Origin: Halobacteriovoraceae bacterium
Lineage (GTDB): Bacteria > Bdellovibrionota > Bacteriovoracia > Bacteriovoracales > Bacteriovoracaceae
DNA length: 64,000 nucleotides
Reading direction: 5' to 3'
NCBI GenBank assembly: GCA_963719505.1
Contig: CAVRCF010000005.1
Span: 1,120,001-1,184,000 of the forward strand
Position numbers and translations under genes: made by a program. This document shows, one piece after another, positions 38,336-48,486 of this stretch. The stretch's first letter is position 1. Every line of letters begins with the position of its first letter. The notes under the pieces are model-generated. The model had not been told where the DNA came from, made no database searches, and saw nothing but the letters and a program-made list of their open reading frames with translations.

Positions 38336-39921
38336 GCCTCTCCCACAAATATTTCATATTGCTCTATATGATATGAGTTATCAGCTCGTATACTTAGCTC
38401 TTTACCATGCATCTCTTCCAAGCTTTCCAACACGACAAAGTCTTCACTTGTGAGCTGAGCAGAAACTTCAGGATGAGCGAAAACCGAAATCAACCTATGC
38501 TTAGACTTTTTCATCGTTTTTGCGACTTCACGTAAGATTTCATAGCAGACAGTGGTTACAGATTTAACCGTCCCTGTCCCCTCACAATAAGGACACGATT
38601 CGGACATGATTCTTGTCAAAGTATCTCGGGTTCTCTTTCTTGTCATTTCTACAAGACCTAAACCGGAGATAGGAAGAACATTTGTTTTAGCTCTATCTTT
38701 TTTGAGGGCTTCTAAAAGAGCGTTGAAGACATCTGCACGGTGCTGCTCTTTTTCCATGTCGATAAAATCAATAATGATAATTCCACCGCAATTTCTAAGG
38801 CGCATTTGATAAGCGATCTCTTTAACAGCTTCAAGATTTGTTTTTAATATAGTGTCTTCAAGAGTTTTCTTTCCAACAAATTTTCCTGTGTTGATATCAA
38901 TTGAAACCAGAGCTTCAGTCTGATCGATATTTAAAGAACCACCACTTCGAAGATAAACTTTATTGGAAAGTGCTCTCTCCACTTCAATATCAATTCCGTA
39001 GTGCTCAAAAATTGGACTATCGCCGTCGTAGAGTTTAACTTTTCCCTTCATCTTAGGAAGATACTTGGTCGTGAACTTATCAACTTGCTTTAGTGATGCT
39101 TTGGTATCACAAATAATATTTGCAACATCTTCATCCGTTATATCTCTGAGCGCTCTTTGAATAAATGTGAGATCGTTATAGACTGAAATGGGGGCTGCAG
39201 ACTTTTCTATCTTTTTTTGGACGTCTTTCCAAATCTTTGAAAGAAGCTGGTAGTCTGATTTTAAAATTTTATGAGACTGACCTTCAGCTACGGTTCTTGC
39301 GATAATACCCTTACCATCTGGACGAATGGACTCTAAAACATTTTTAAGTCTATCTCTTTCCTCTTCTGTCTCGATCCTTCGACTGACACCAATATGTTCA
39401 ATAAAGGGCATAAAAACAATATGCCTTCCGGCTAAAGTGATATGCCTTGTGATTCTTGGGCCTTTGGTTGAGATGGGCTCTTTAGCAATTTGAACCAGAA
39501 TCTCATCCCCTTCTTTTAAAAAATCTTGAATCTTTACGTCGGGTCTGTATTTCATATCGACAGTCTCGGATAGGCTAGATAATTCATCTGGGATTGTTTT
39601 TGCACCAGTGACTTTTAACTTCTCGCGATTAGCCGCATCTTTTTCTTCGATTCTTTTGGCCATGTCCCTTTGCTCATCAAGAGTAGGAATATAGGCATCG
39701 TCGACATAGAGAAATGCTGCGCGATCAAGACCGATATCAACAAATGCTGACTGCATACCAGGCAGGACTCTTAGGACCTTACCTAAATAAATATTTCCAA
39801 CAGTTGCACGATTTTTGTGACTGGATGCTCTTTCAATAAGAAAATCAAGGATTTCCCCATTTTCAATAAGAGCAACTCGACTCTCATTATGAGTCTGATT
39901 GATAATTAGCTCTTTTGCCAT
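38332..39921 (-). CDS. rng: Ribonuclease G/E family
   Basis: GNIYLGKV..VLPGMQSAFVDIG, KEPISTKGPR, IDINTG, GGIIIIDFIDM, TRKR, CPYCEGTG. Confidence 0.93.
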   Translation of the reverse strand: MAKELIINQTHNESRVALIENGEILDFLIERASSHKNRATVGNIYLGKVLRVLPGMQSAFVDIGLDRAAFLYVDDAYIPTLDEQRDMAKRIEEKDAANREKLKVTGAKTIPDELSSLSETVDMKYRPDVKIQDFLKEGDEILVQIAKEPISTKGPRITRHITLAGRHIVFMPFIEHIGVSRRIETEEERDRLKNVLESIRPDGKGIIARTVAEGQSHKILKSDYQLLSKIWKDVQKKIEKSAAPISVYNDLTFIQRALRDITDEDVANIICDTKASLKQVDKFTTKYLPKMKGKVKLYDGDSPIFEHYGIDIEVERALSNKVYLRSGGSLNIDQTEALVSIDINTGKFVGKKTLEDTILKTNLEAVKEIAYQMRLRNCGGIIIIDFIDMEKEQHRADVFNALLEALKKDRAKTNVLPISGLGLVEMTRKRTRDTLTRIMSESCPYCEGTGTVKSVTTVCYEILREVAKTMKKSKHRLISVFAHPEVSAQLTSEDFVVLESLEEMHGKELSIRADNSYHIEQYEIFVGEA

Positions 39922-40036
39922 GAATGTAACCTTTTAAAACTTTTAAATTAAATACTCTTAAAGGATACAATTGGTGAGCAAAAAGGGAAAGACGAGGGCC
40001 ATAAATGCCGCGAGTTAAGAACTGTAATAGTCTAGT

Positions 40037-40062
40037 AAAGAGCCCGCTGATAACGCGGGCTT
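40037..40062 (-). terminator. Terminator hairpin downstream of mscL
   Basis: AGCCCGC-7nt-GCGGGCT with a short U tract on the minus strand. Confidence 0.6.
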
Positions 40063-40070
40063 AAAGGGAT

Positions 40071-40490
40071 TTATTTTTTTAATTCGTCTCTTATTTCTCT
40101 AAGAAGTAAAATATCTTCTGGTGTTACCGCGGGTGCTTCTGGAGCGGCTTCTTCTTTTTTCTTTGTCGCATTTATGCCTTTAACAACCATAAAAATAACA
40201 AAAGCTATAATAATAAAGTCCACTATTGTTTGAATAAAAACACCGTACTTAATTACTGGAGCACTCGCCTTGGTTGCTTCTGCCAAAGTGGCATAGCTTG
40301 TTTCACTTAAGTTGATAAAAAGCTTTGAGAAGTCTACATTTCCAAGCATCTTACCTATCGGTGGCATGACGATGTCGCTTACAAAAGAAGAAACAATCGA
40401 CTTGAAAGCTGCACCAATAATTAGACCCACTGCTAAATCGACAACATTTCCTTTAACTGCGAACTCTTTAAATTCTTTAAACATACTCAT
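40071..40490 (-). CDS. mscL: Large-conductance mechanosensitive channel
   Basis: [23 protein letters not shown]. Confidence 0.97.
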   Translation of the reverse strand: MSMFKEFKEFAVKGNVVDLAVGLIIGAAFKSIVSSFVSDIVMPPIGKMLGNVDFSKLFINLSETSYATLAEATKASAPVIKYGVFIQTIVDFIIIAFVIFMVVKGINATKKKEEAAPEAPAVTPEDILLLREIRDELKK

Positions 40491-40567
40491 TTTTTACATT
40501 CTCCTGAACGAATAATTTCCTAATTTTTTTCTCTACTCTAACTTTAACCAGTCACCGAACAAGGGTT

Positions 40568-41800
40568 CTAAATAAAGATTCCTGCTATCGATGCTGTCAT
40601 TAAGCCAGCCATCATCCCACCAGCAAGACACTTCATTCCAAGCTTTGCAAGGTCACTACGTCTGTCTGGAGCTAAGGTACCAATTCCACCAACTTGAATC
40701 GCAATAGAAGAAAAGTTTGCAAAACCACAAAGAGCATATGTCGCCATCGTTATGGCCCTTGGTGACATCGTATTTTGTTCTATCATCATTTTTAAATCTA
40801 GGTAGGCGACGAATTCATTGAGAATTATTTTCTTTCCAAGAAGACTACCAAAGTTGATGCAGTCATCCCAAGGTATTCCAATAATAAATGCGACAGGAGC
40901 GAAGAGATAACCTGAAATTTTTTCAAGCGTTATTCCCTCGAGTCCTACAAGCCCTGTTGCCCAACCAAGCATTCCGTTGACAAGAGCAATCAAAGCAATA
41001 AAGGCCAAAAGCATTGCTCCAACATTGACAGCAAGCTTTAAACCCTCCGCGGCACCAGCAGCTGCGGCTTCAATAATATTTGAATATATTTTTTCTACTT
41101 TAAGTTTTACAACTCCAACTGTGTGGGACACTTCTGTCTCTGGAATAAAGAGTTTTGCAAGAACAAGTGCAGCCGGTGCGGCCATAACTGAAGCAGCCAG
41201 AAGATGGCCAGCATCGATACCAAAGCCGACGTATGCCGCAAGAACTCCACCCGCAACGGTGGCCATCCCACCGGTCATCATGGCAAGAAGCTCTGATTTG
41301 GTCATATTACTAATATAGGGTTTAACAACCAGTGGAGCCTCTGTTTGACCAGCAAAGATATTTGCAGCACAAGAAAGAGATTCAGCTCCTGAAGTTCCCA
41401 TAACCTTTACCATCACTTTAGCAACAAGGTTAATAACCACTTGCATAGCTCCTATGTGATAAAGAATACTCATCAATGATGACATGAAAATAATGGTTGG
41501 AAGAACCATTGTCGCAAAAACAAATCCCACTCTTGAGACTTTAGTGAGATCACCAAAAACAAAAGCTGCTCCTTCATTCGTATAATTTAAAATTCCAGTA
41601 AAAAGTTCACGGGCAAATTCAAAAATTTGTTGCCCCCATGGAAGCTTTAAAATGATGAGTCCAAGAAAGACTTGGAGAAGAACACCGGATATAACCGTTT
41701 TCCACTTGATCGCTTTCCTATCTGAGCTAAATAGAAAACTAATAAAAATCATGCTCAACAAGCCAACGACAGACATAAGTCTTAAGCCAAAATCTTCCAT
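40568..41800 (-). CDS. nupC: Concentrative nucleoside transporter (NupC/CNT)
   Basis: ANIFAGQTEAPL, GMATVAG, KKIILNEFVAY, CGFANFSSIAI. Confidence 0.93.
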   Translation of the reverse strand: MEDFGLRLMSVVGLLSMIFISFLFSSDRKAIKWKTVISGVLLQVFLGLIILKLPWGQQIFEFARELFTGILNYTNEGAAFVFGDLTKVSRVGFVFATMVLPTIIFMSSLMSILYHIGAMQVVINLVAKVMVKVMGTSGAESLSCAANIFAGQTEAPLVVKPYISNMTKSELLAMMTGGMATVAGGVLAAYVGFGIDAGHLLAASVMAAPAALVLAKLFIPETEVSHTVGVVKLKVEKIYSNIIEAAAAGAAEGLKLAVNVGAMLLAFIALIALVNGMLGWATGLVGLEGITLEKISGYLFAPVAFIIGIPWDDCINFGSLLGKKIILNEFVAYLDLKMMIEQNTMSPRAITMATYALCGFANFSSIAIQVGGIGTLAPDRRSDLAKLGMKCLAGGMMAGLMTASIAGIFI

Positions 41801-41937
41801 TCATTTCTCCAAGAATAAGTTTTATGAGTATGACAATTTATTATGACAGTGAAGCTAAACAGGCAAGGACTTAAATGACAGGTGTCATTCTTACACCTAA
41901 ATGACTAAAAATTTTTGATTAAAATGTAAGAATTTGC

Positions 41938-42378
41938 CTAATAGTTGAAGGAAAAGTTTATTTGATAGGGAGTTGACTGTGAACTCGTTGGCTCACTATT
42001 TATATGGTCTTGGTGCCAAGATAGACGCCTACTAGTATTGAACGACTGTGTATCCTGAATCATGGCTTCTTCGGGAGTGCCATAGATTGCGTCGCGAGAC
42101 TTGTTAGCTTGGTTAAAGGCAACATAGGCAACACCAGCAATAACACCGATAGAAGCGCCAACCAGAATATTTCTTGTGTGATCTTTGGGCTCATCAACAA
42201 ATGAAAGGGTTGATAAACCAAGAACTGCTCCAGCAAGTCCCCCACCCACAACAACCAAAAGATCACTTTTAGTATCTTCAACAAGACCTTCCATAGAGTC
42301 ACCACTTTGGGCAAAGCTCGTCTGTACTACTAGTAATGACAAAAGAGATATTATCCAAAATTTATTTAGTGTACGCAT
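41938..42378 (-). CDS. Exported hypothetical protein with glycine-zipper hairpin
   Basis: Signal peptide (SFA); GGGLAGAVLG and GASIGVIAG; start moved to the ATG of MRTLNKF. Confidence 0.7.
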   Translation of the reverse strand: MRTLNKFWIISLLSLLVVQTSFAQSGDSMEGLVEDTKSDLLVVVGGGLAGAVLGLSTLSFVDEPKDHTRNILVGASIGVIAGVAYVAFNQANKSRDAIYGTPEEAMIQDTQSFNTSRRLSWHQDHINSEPTSSQSTPYQINFSFNY

Positions 42379-42512
42379 ATATTCCAATCCTTGACTCAGT
42401 TTGTTAAAGACAATTACTTTATTGCAACCATATCTAATTACTAATATAGTAATTTCTACTTTAATATAATGCAAATAGACTTTTCCATTTGCCAACTAAT
42501 TTAGGTGTGAAT

Positions 42513-43847
42513 ATGCCAAATTTCTCAATGTACGAGATCATCGACAAGAAAAAACGCGGAAAAACTTTAACCAAAGAAGAAATTGACTGGGTTATAAGTG
42601 GACTGATGAGCAAAAAAGTAGCTGACTACCAAATGACAGCCTTACTCATGGCCATTTTTATAAAGGGAATGACTACTGAGGAAACAGCAAATCTCACTGA
42701 TGCTATGCTGTATTCTGGAAAAGTGATGACTTTTGAAGGCAAAAACGTAGTTGATAAACATTCAACTGGTGGAATCGGCGACAAAGCCTCTTTTATCTTG
42801 GCCCCAATTGCCGCCGCTTGTGGTGTAAAAGTTCCCATGATCGCAGGCCGAGGCCTTGGATTCACGGGGGGAACTGTCGATAAAGTGGAATCAGTTAAAG
42901 GTTTCAAAACCGATCTTCCTCTTTCTGAATTTGAAAAATTATTAAATAAAAAAGGCATTGTTCTTATCGGTCAAACGAGTGAGATCGCTCCAGCAGATAG
43001 ATTGATTTACGCTCTTCGAGATGTGACGGCAACCATAGACTCTATTCCTTTAATAACCGCTTCTATCATGTCTAAGAAATTAGCTGAAGGTGCTAATGGA
43101 ATCGTCATGGATATTAAAACAGGATCTGGAGCTTTCATGGGAAGCTATAAAGATGCTGTCAAGCTAGCTCATAGCATCCTTGGTACGGCAAAAAGATTTG
43201 GTAAACAAAGTGTGGCCCTCATTACAAATATGGATCAACCTTTGGGAAATGCTGTTGGAAATAGCCTTGAGATGATTGAGTCTGTTGAAGTACTAAAAGG
43301 GCGCGGCCCAAAAGACATTACTGAACTATCAATAGCCTTAGCAGCAAGGATGATCCATATCGGTGGTGTTGAAGCCACTTATGCGAAAGCTCTCAAAAAA
43401 GCTAAAGCTTCGGTGGAAGATGGCTCGGCTTTGAAAAAATTTAAAGAGATGATAAAAAATCAAGGTGGAGACACAAGCTTTATCGATGATTATTCAAAAC
43501 TTCCTATAGCAAAACATACTACGGAGGTCCTATCTCCAAAATCAGGTTGGATCAAATCATTTAAAAATGACGAGATTGGACTGCTTGCCACTGAACTTGG
43601 TGGTGGTAGAAAAGTAAAGTCCGATAAAATCGACTTTGGAGTTGGTTTTGTTTTCCATAAAAACATTGGAGATAAAGTTGCTGAAGGTGAAAGCATTTTT
43701 ACCATCTACCACAATAAAAACCAAACCGATATTGTGACTCAAATAACTGAACGATTCTTTAAGGATGTTGTTAAGTTCTCTAAAACAAAAATTGAAACGC
43801 CGAAAACGATTCATGAAGTTATTGAACTGAAGGATTTAAAAGCATGA
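42513..43847 (+). CDS. pdp: Thymidine/pyrimidine-nucleoside phosphorylase
   Basis: DKHSTGGIGDK, GRGLGFTGGT, YALRDVT, SIMSKK, LGGGR. Confidence 0.95.
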   Translation: MPNFSMYEIIDKKKRGKTLTKEEIDWVISGLMSKKVADYQMTALLMAIFIKGMTTEETANLTDAMLYSGKVMTFEGKNVVDKHSTGGIGDKASFILAPIAAACGVKVPMIAGRGLGFTGGTVDKVESVKGFKTDLPLSEFEKLLNKKGIVLIGQTSEIAPADRLIYALRDVTATIDSIPLITASIMSKKLAEGANGIVMDIKTGSGAFMGSYKDAVKLAHSILGTAKRFGKQSVALITNMDQPLGNAVGNSLEMIESVEVLKGRGPKDITELSIALAARMIHIGGVEATYAKALKKAKASVEDGSALKKFKEMIKNQGGDTSFIDDYSKLPIAKHTTEVLSPKSGWIKSFKNDEIGLLATELGGGRKVKSDKIDFGVGFVFHKNIGDKVAEGESIFTIYHNKNQTDIVTQITERFFKDVVKFSKTKIETPKTIHEVIELKDLKA

Positions 43848-44683
43848 GTAAAATTTTAGATGATATAAAAAAAGCCGTTACTTTTATCCAGTCAAAGACT
43901 GCTATAACTCCTGAGGTTGGCATTGTTTTAGGCTCAGGTCTTGGCGTATACGCAGACCAAATCGAAAACAAGACCATCATCCCCTATGAGGAAATTCCTG
44001 GTTTTTATAAAACAACAGTCGCTGGTCACAAAGGACAACTTATTCTTGGTGAAGTTAAAGGTGTTAAAGTCGCAGCAATGCAAGGTCGTTATCATACTTA
44101 TGAAGGACACGAGCTTAGTGATGTCGTTTTACCCACAAGAGTTTTAAAGTTTCTAGGCTGCCACACACTTATCTTAACCAATGCCTCTGGCGGGATAAAC
44201 TCAAGCTTTAAGCCTGGTGATCTCGTTTACATAAAAGATCATTTAAATATGACCGGAAGAAATCCACTCATCGGCGAAAATATAGATGAGCTTGGTCCTC
44301 GCTTTCCGGATATGACTCAAACATATAACACCTACTTACATGAAATGATTGAAAGTGCAGCGAAAGAGATTGGAACTTCAGTTAAAGGTGGACTCTACTG
44401 CGGTCTCTTGGGTCCTACCTATGAGACGCCTGCTGAGATAAAAATGTTGAGAGGTCTTGGTGGTGATATGGTGGGAATGAGTACTGTTCCAGAAGCTATT
44501 GCCGCGAATCATATGGGAATGAATATTGCCGGAATTGCCTGCATCACAAATATGGCCGCAGGTATGGGTGACGAAGAACTCAAACACGAAGACGTCAAAG
44601 AAGTTGCAAGAATTGCGATGAAAAAGTTCTCCGATCTCGTCACAGCTTTAGTTGACCAAATAGGAAAAAGCGGGAAAAAATAA
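43844..44683 (+). CDS. punA: Purine-nucleoside phosphorylase (trimeric type)
   Basis: VLGSGLG, GRYHTYEG, TNASGG, GPTYETPAE, VGMSTVPE, TNMAAG. Confidence 0.95.
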   Translation: MSKILDDIKKAVTFIQSKTAITPEVGIVLGSGLGVYADQIENKTIIPYEEIPGFYKTTVAGHKGQLILGEVKGVKVAAMQGRYHTYEGHELSDVVLPTRVLKFLGCHTLILTNASGGINSSFKPGDLVYIKDHLNMTGRNPLIGENIDELGPRFPDMTQTYNTYLHEMIESAAKEIGTSVKGGLYCGLLGPTYETPAEIKMLRGLGGDMVGMSTVPEAIAANHMGMNIAGIACITNMAAGMGDEELKHEDVKEVARIAMKKFSDLVTALVDQIGKSGKK

Positions 44684-44685
44684 TA

Positions 44686-45981
44686 ATGGACTCCAGAGAG
44701 CTTTTAAAAGAATTATCCTTTTGTGTTATCGACCTTGAGACTACAGGTGGGAATCACGATAATGATAAAATAATAGAAATTGGTATGGTAAGAGTTGTTG
44801 CCTTAGAGCTCGCCGAAGAAAAAAATATTCTTATTGATCCGGAACAAAGAATTCCAGACTTCATTCAAAAGCTAACATCTATCAAGCAAAAAGATGTTCA
44901 AGGCCAAGCAAAAATAGAAGATGTCATCGACGAGGTGGTTGAGTTTATTGGTGACGATATCATCGTTGCTCACAACACATCCTTTGATGTTCCATTTCTC
45001 AATAGCGTTCTAAGAAGACTTGGAAGAGAAGAGCTTAAAAACAAAGTGATCTGTACCAATGTTATGACGAAACATATGATACCAGACATTATGAATTCAA
45101 ATCTTAACTATATGAGTTCTTTATTTGATATCGATCATTCAAATGCCCACAGAGCCCATGATGATGCAAGAGCGACGGCTAAACTTCTCCTAAAATACCT
45201 TGATATCTTTATCGATAAAGGTATCAAAAAAGTTAACCAACTCTATTACCCTAAAAATAAATTTGAACTCGACAGAATTCACTACGACGCACAAGCCAGT
45301 AGAGAAGAAATAATCAAGAAGATCACATCTAACAACACGGCCATGATGATTATTCTCAAAGGCGACAGAGGTTTAATCCTTGGTGCCCTTCCCATTCAAA
45401 ATCCAGTTGAAGAGATTGAGTTTATCAAAAAATTTATTGATATGACCAAATGGAGTATTCTTACAATACGACTTTTACGTCCTGTTCTTGAGGGTATCTT
45501 TCAATTTAGTAATCACTATTTAAAGTATGAAGAGCCTATAAGAGTCGCTGTTTTAGACTATCTTAAAGAAAGATACAAAACGGATGAAGTTATCGATAAA
45601 GAATATTCAGTGAATGCACTCGATTTTGTCATCACCCATCACTTGGTGAGGGAACAGTTTATTGTTTATTCTTTTCTAAATTTAAACACAACCGTTAAAT
45701 CTATTTTTAAATTTCCAGCACAGAAAAAGAAAATGTTGGGATATTTAAAAAATCAGATTTCACGTTTTGAGAAGATGCAAAAAGGAAGTCGAAAGCATCA
45801 TCTTCATCCTGATCTTGTGCCCTTAGTTGAAGCATTTATCACCAAGAATCGATCGACCAATAAATATATGTTTATCAGTAGAAAGCTTGTAAAAGATCAA
45901 GATCAAAATGTCTTTAAGCTCTTTCAGGATTTTGCTGACGAAAACAAATCGGACTATAACTTTCCAGCAACCTCTTTATAG
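44686..45981 (+). CDS. DEDDh 3'-5' exonuclease (DnaQ/PolC-like) with long C-terminal extension
   Basis: DLETTG, AHNTSFD, HRAHDDA. Confidence 0.88.
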   Translation: MDSRELLKELSFCVIDLETTGGNHDNDKIIEIGMVRVVALELAEEKNILIDPEQRIPDFIQKLTSIKQKDVQGQAKIEDVIDEVVEFIGDDIIVAHNTSFDVPFLNSVLRRLGREELKNKVICTNVMTKHMIPDIMNSNLNYMSSLFDIDHSNAHRAHDDARATAKLLLKYLDIFIDKGIKKVNQLYYPKNKFELDRIHYDAQASREEIIKKITSNNTAMMIILKGDRGLILGALPIQNPVEEIEFIKKFIDMTKWSILTIRLLRPVLEGIFQFSNHYLKYEEPIRVAVLDYLKERYKTDEVIDKEYSVNALDFVITHHLVREQFIVYSFLNLNTTVKSIFKFPAQKKKMLGYLKNQISRFEKMQKGSRKHHLHPDLVPLVEAFITKNRSTNKYMFISRKLVKDQDQNVFKLFQDFADENKSDYNFPATSL

Positions 45982-47564
45982 CCAAAATGAATGAGTCCAG
46001 GTTTAAAAAGAATCTGCATGTTTTCACCTTCGATAAGATGCTCAACCAATCGCGACTTTATCAAGTTGTCACCGATGGTAATTCTCTTATCAAAAGAGAG
46101 CTTTATTCCATCGTAGTTCTCATCAACTCCCAAGGATATTCTCTTCTTGTCCGTTCGCTCTACAAGTGTTTGATGAGAAAAACTTGTAAGTAACTCGCCT
46201 AAAAAAAGATAAAAGATCATCGATAGAACATGGGAGTTTACAGGGTAAGAGAGTTTCTCTTTTCCTCTATAATCAAAATTTATAGTGATATTATTTTCTA
46301 TGAGTCTAAAGCGCATGAGCTCCATGGCCTGTAAAAAACTCTCTTTCCCATGCTGGGTTGAGCTTAGATTACGATTATCAACTTTTGAAAAGCCAAGAAA
46401 GGTCTCTACTAATTTTTTACATCTGTTTACACTTTGTTTCATTTGATGAAACTTCTCTTCTATTTCTTCAGAGTAGTCATCTAACTCAAGGACATTTAAA
46501 GCAGCAAGAATACCTGCAAGAGGATTATTTATCTCATGAGCAATTGAAGAGCTTACAATACCAAGCTCCTCAGAGCTTGGTGACTTACTGGCCCCAAGAA
46601 CTTCGTTAACAGGTATAAAGTTGATATGTGTTAATTTTTTTTCATGATCGATAATCTTTTGAACTCTAAAGACATCGCTGCCAATGGTAACCTGCTCATT
46701 AATCTTAAAGCCTAAACACTTTTTAGCAGACAAATTCAACCTTATGAACAGATTATTGTGAAGGATGAGATTTTGGTCATAGTCAAATACAGCGATAGGC
46801 AAATCAAGCTTTGAAAAAAGATTCTCAAGGTCATTAAAACTTTGATCTTTATTAAGTCTTAATTCAATACGATTTAAAACATTTTGAACGGAAGCAAAAA
46901 GATTAAGAGTAAGTTTTGGTGATAATAGCTTTGTTTCTAAAAAGTAGAGAGTTTTACTGAAGCGAAGGGGAAAAAGAGCTTCTTCTAAGCCAGTCACTTG
47001 TGCTGGGACTTTGAGATTGAGTGAGAATTTGACTGACTTTGAATACGTCTCCAAAAAAGGGCCAAGCTCTTCAAATCGGATAATAGAGAACACATCACGA
47101 TCAAACTGATCTATAAGCTCTACCTCATCTTCAGTGTATTGATTTTGGTTTAAAGCCGCCACCGTTGATGAAGACTTGAGTTTTTTTGAGCTTTTCGATA
47201 CTAATTTTTTTTCGTAAATGAAAATTTCTTTTTCGATTTTCTCTTCAAATTCAACAAAGATTTTTCTAAATTCCTCTAAGTTATTAAATGTCCCAAGTAC
47301 GATGCCAGGAGGCGCTTTTTGCTCGCTAAAGAGACTCATATTTTTTTCTTTATATATAATATTAAATGAGTTGTTTATATCGTGATCACTAAGACCCACA
47401 ATAAGGCTGGTAAAGCGCCCACTTGGTTTGGGTGAATCGATATTTATAGAAAACCCTCTTTCTTCTATGAAGAGTGAAAGTGCACTAAAAAGAGGACCAT
47501 CTTTTTGTTTTAAAGTAGGATCGAGAAAAATTTCAATTTCACTCAGCCAACTTTTATTGATCAT
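45954..47564 (-). CDS. HisKA-containing protein with degenerate ATPase domain
   Basis: Intact H-box SSIAHEINNPLAGI, PAS-like region before it; no N/G1/G2 boxes visible. Confidence 0.7.
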   Translation of the reverse strand: MINKSWLSEIEIFLDPTLKQKDGPLFSALSLFIEERGFSINIDSPKPSGRFTSLIVGLSDHDINNSFNIIYKEKNMSLFSEQKAPPGIVLGTFNNLEEFRKIFVEFEEKIEKEIFIYEKKLVSKSSKKLKSSSTVAALNQNQYTEDEVELIDQFDRDVFSIIRFEELGPFLETYSKSVKFSLNLKVPAQVTGLEEALFPLRFSKTLYFLETKLLSPKLTLNLFASVQNVLNRIELRLNKDQSFNDLENLFSKLDLPIAVFDYDQNLILHNNLFIRLNLSAKKCLGFKINEQVTIGSDVFRVQKIIDHEKKLTHINFIPVNEVLGASKSPSSEELGIVSSSIAHEINNPLAGILAALNVLELDDYSEEIEEKFHQMKQSVNRCKKLVETFLGFSKVDNRNLSSTQHGKESFLQAMELMRFRLIENNITINFDYRGKEKLSYPVNSHVLSMIFYLFLGELLTSFSHQTLVERTDKKRISLGVDENYDGIKLSFDKRITIGDNLIKSRLVEHLIEGENMQILFKPGLIHFGYKEVAGKL

Positions 47565-48486
47565 TTAAACCGTCAGCCGCGGCCATTGCTTTTGATTCTT
47601 CAACTAATGAGAATCCATCAACCCAGTTACCATTAATTTTAACACCCCAGTGAAGGTGGGGTCCACTCACCCGGCCAGTTGCTCCAGCAAGTCCCACAAT
47701 ATCACCTTTATTTATAATCATCCCCTCAGTCACTTGAATTTTTGATAGATGACCATATGTAGTAAAAATATCGAGACCATGATCTACAATCACAATATTT
47801 CCAGAATAAAACAAGTCTCCAGTAAAGATAACTTTTCCTTTATTGGCAACGGGTATAGGAACTCCAACAGCTGCTCTCAAGTCATTTCCTAAGTGTTGTG
47901 TTTTCTTTTTATTATTGAAAAGTCTCTTATTCCCGTAATGAGAGGTTACATAACTTGATAATGGTCGCCTAAAGGGTTGTGAAAAGAGAAAGTAGCTTGA
48001 GGTATTTTGATAAACCTTTGATAGGATTTTCCTCTCTTTAATAACTCTGTTGAGGTCTTTCTTAGAAAGAGTGACCCTCTTTTTATCAACATTGAGCTTT
48101 TCACTTTTGTAAGGGAAGTCTTTGACAGAGACTGCTAAAACAGTCTGATTTTTATAAAAGCATTTAAAAGGTTTTAGGTTAGAAAAATAGGTTTCACTCA
48201 TAAAGAGTCTTCCCTTATTATTCTCAACAAAAAAGGCTTTCTTAGTGCCCTCACATTCAAGTTCCCACATTCCGTCACTTAAGTTTATTTGAAATTCAAC
48301 AAATTTAACCTTTCCAGGTTGCAGTTGAACACTTTTTATTTTTTCGATTAAAGGCTTAACCTTTATTGGCTCTTTCTTTTGTTCAACCACTTGACTATTT
48401 CTTGATTGATTTTGAAGAGGCTGGATTCCTGAACACGATATACTCAATATTAATATTAATAATTTTTTCACAAAACCTCTCTTCAT
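47554..48486 (-). CDS. M23 family peptidoglycan endopeptidase (lipoprotein)
   Basis: HLGND (HxxxD), DHG, YGHL, GPHLHW (HxH). Confidence 0.92.
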   Translation of the reverse strand: MKRGFVKKLLILILSISCSGIQPLQNQSRNSQVVEQKKEPIKVKPLIEKIKSVQLQPGKVKFVEFQINLSDGMWELECEGTKKAFFVENNKGRLFMSETYFSNLKPFKCFYKNQTVLAVSVKDFPYKSEKLNVDKKRVTLSKKDLNRVIKERKILSKVYQNTSSYFLFSQPFRRPLSSYVTSHYGNKRLFNNKKKTQHLGNDLRAAVGVPIPVANKGKVIFTGDLFYSGNIVIVDHGLDIFTTYGHLSKIQVTEGMIINKGDIVGLAGATGRVSGPHLHWGVKINGNWVDGFSLVEESKAMAAADGLNDQ

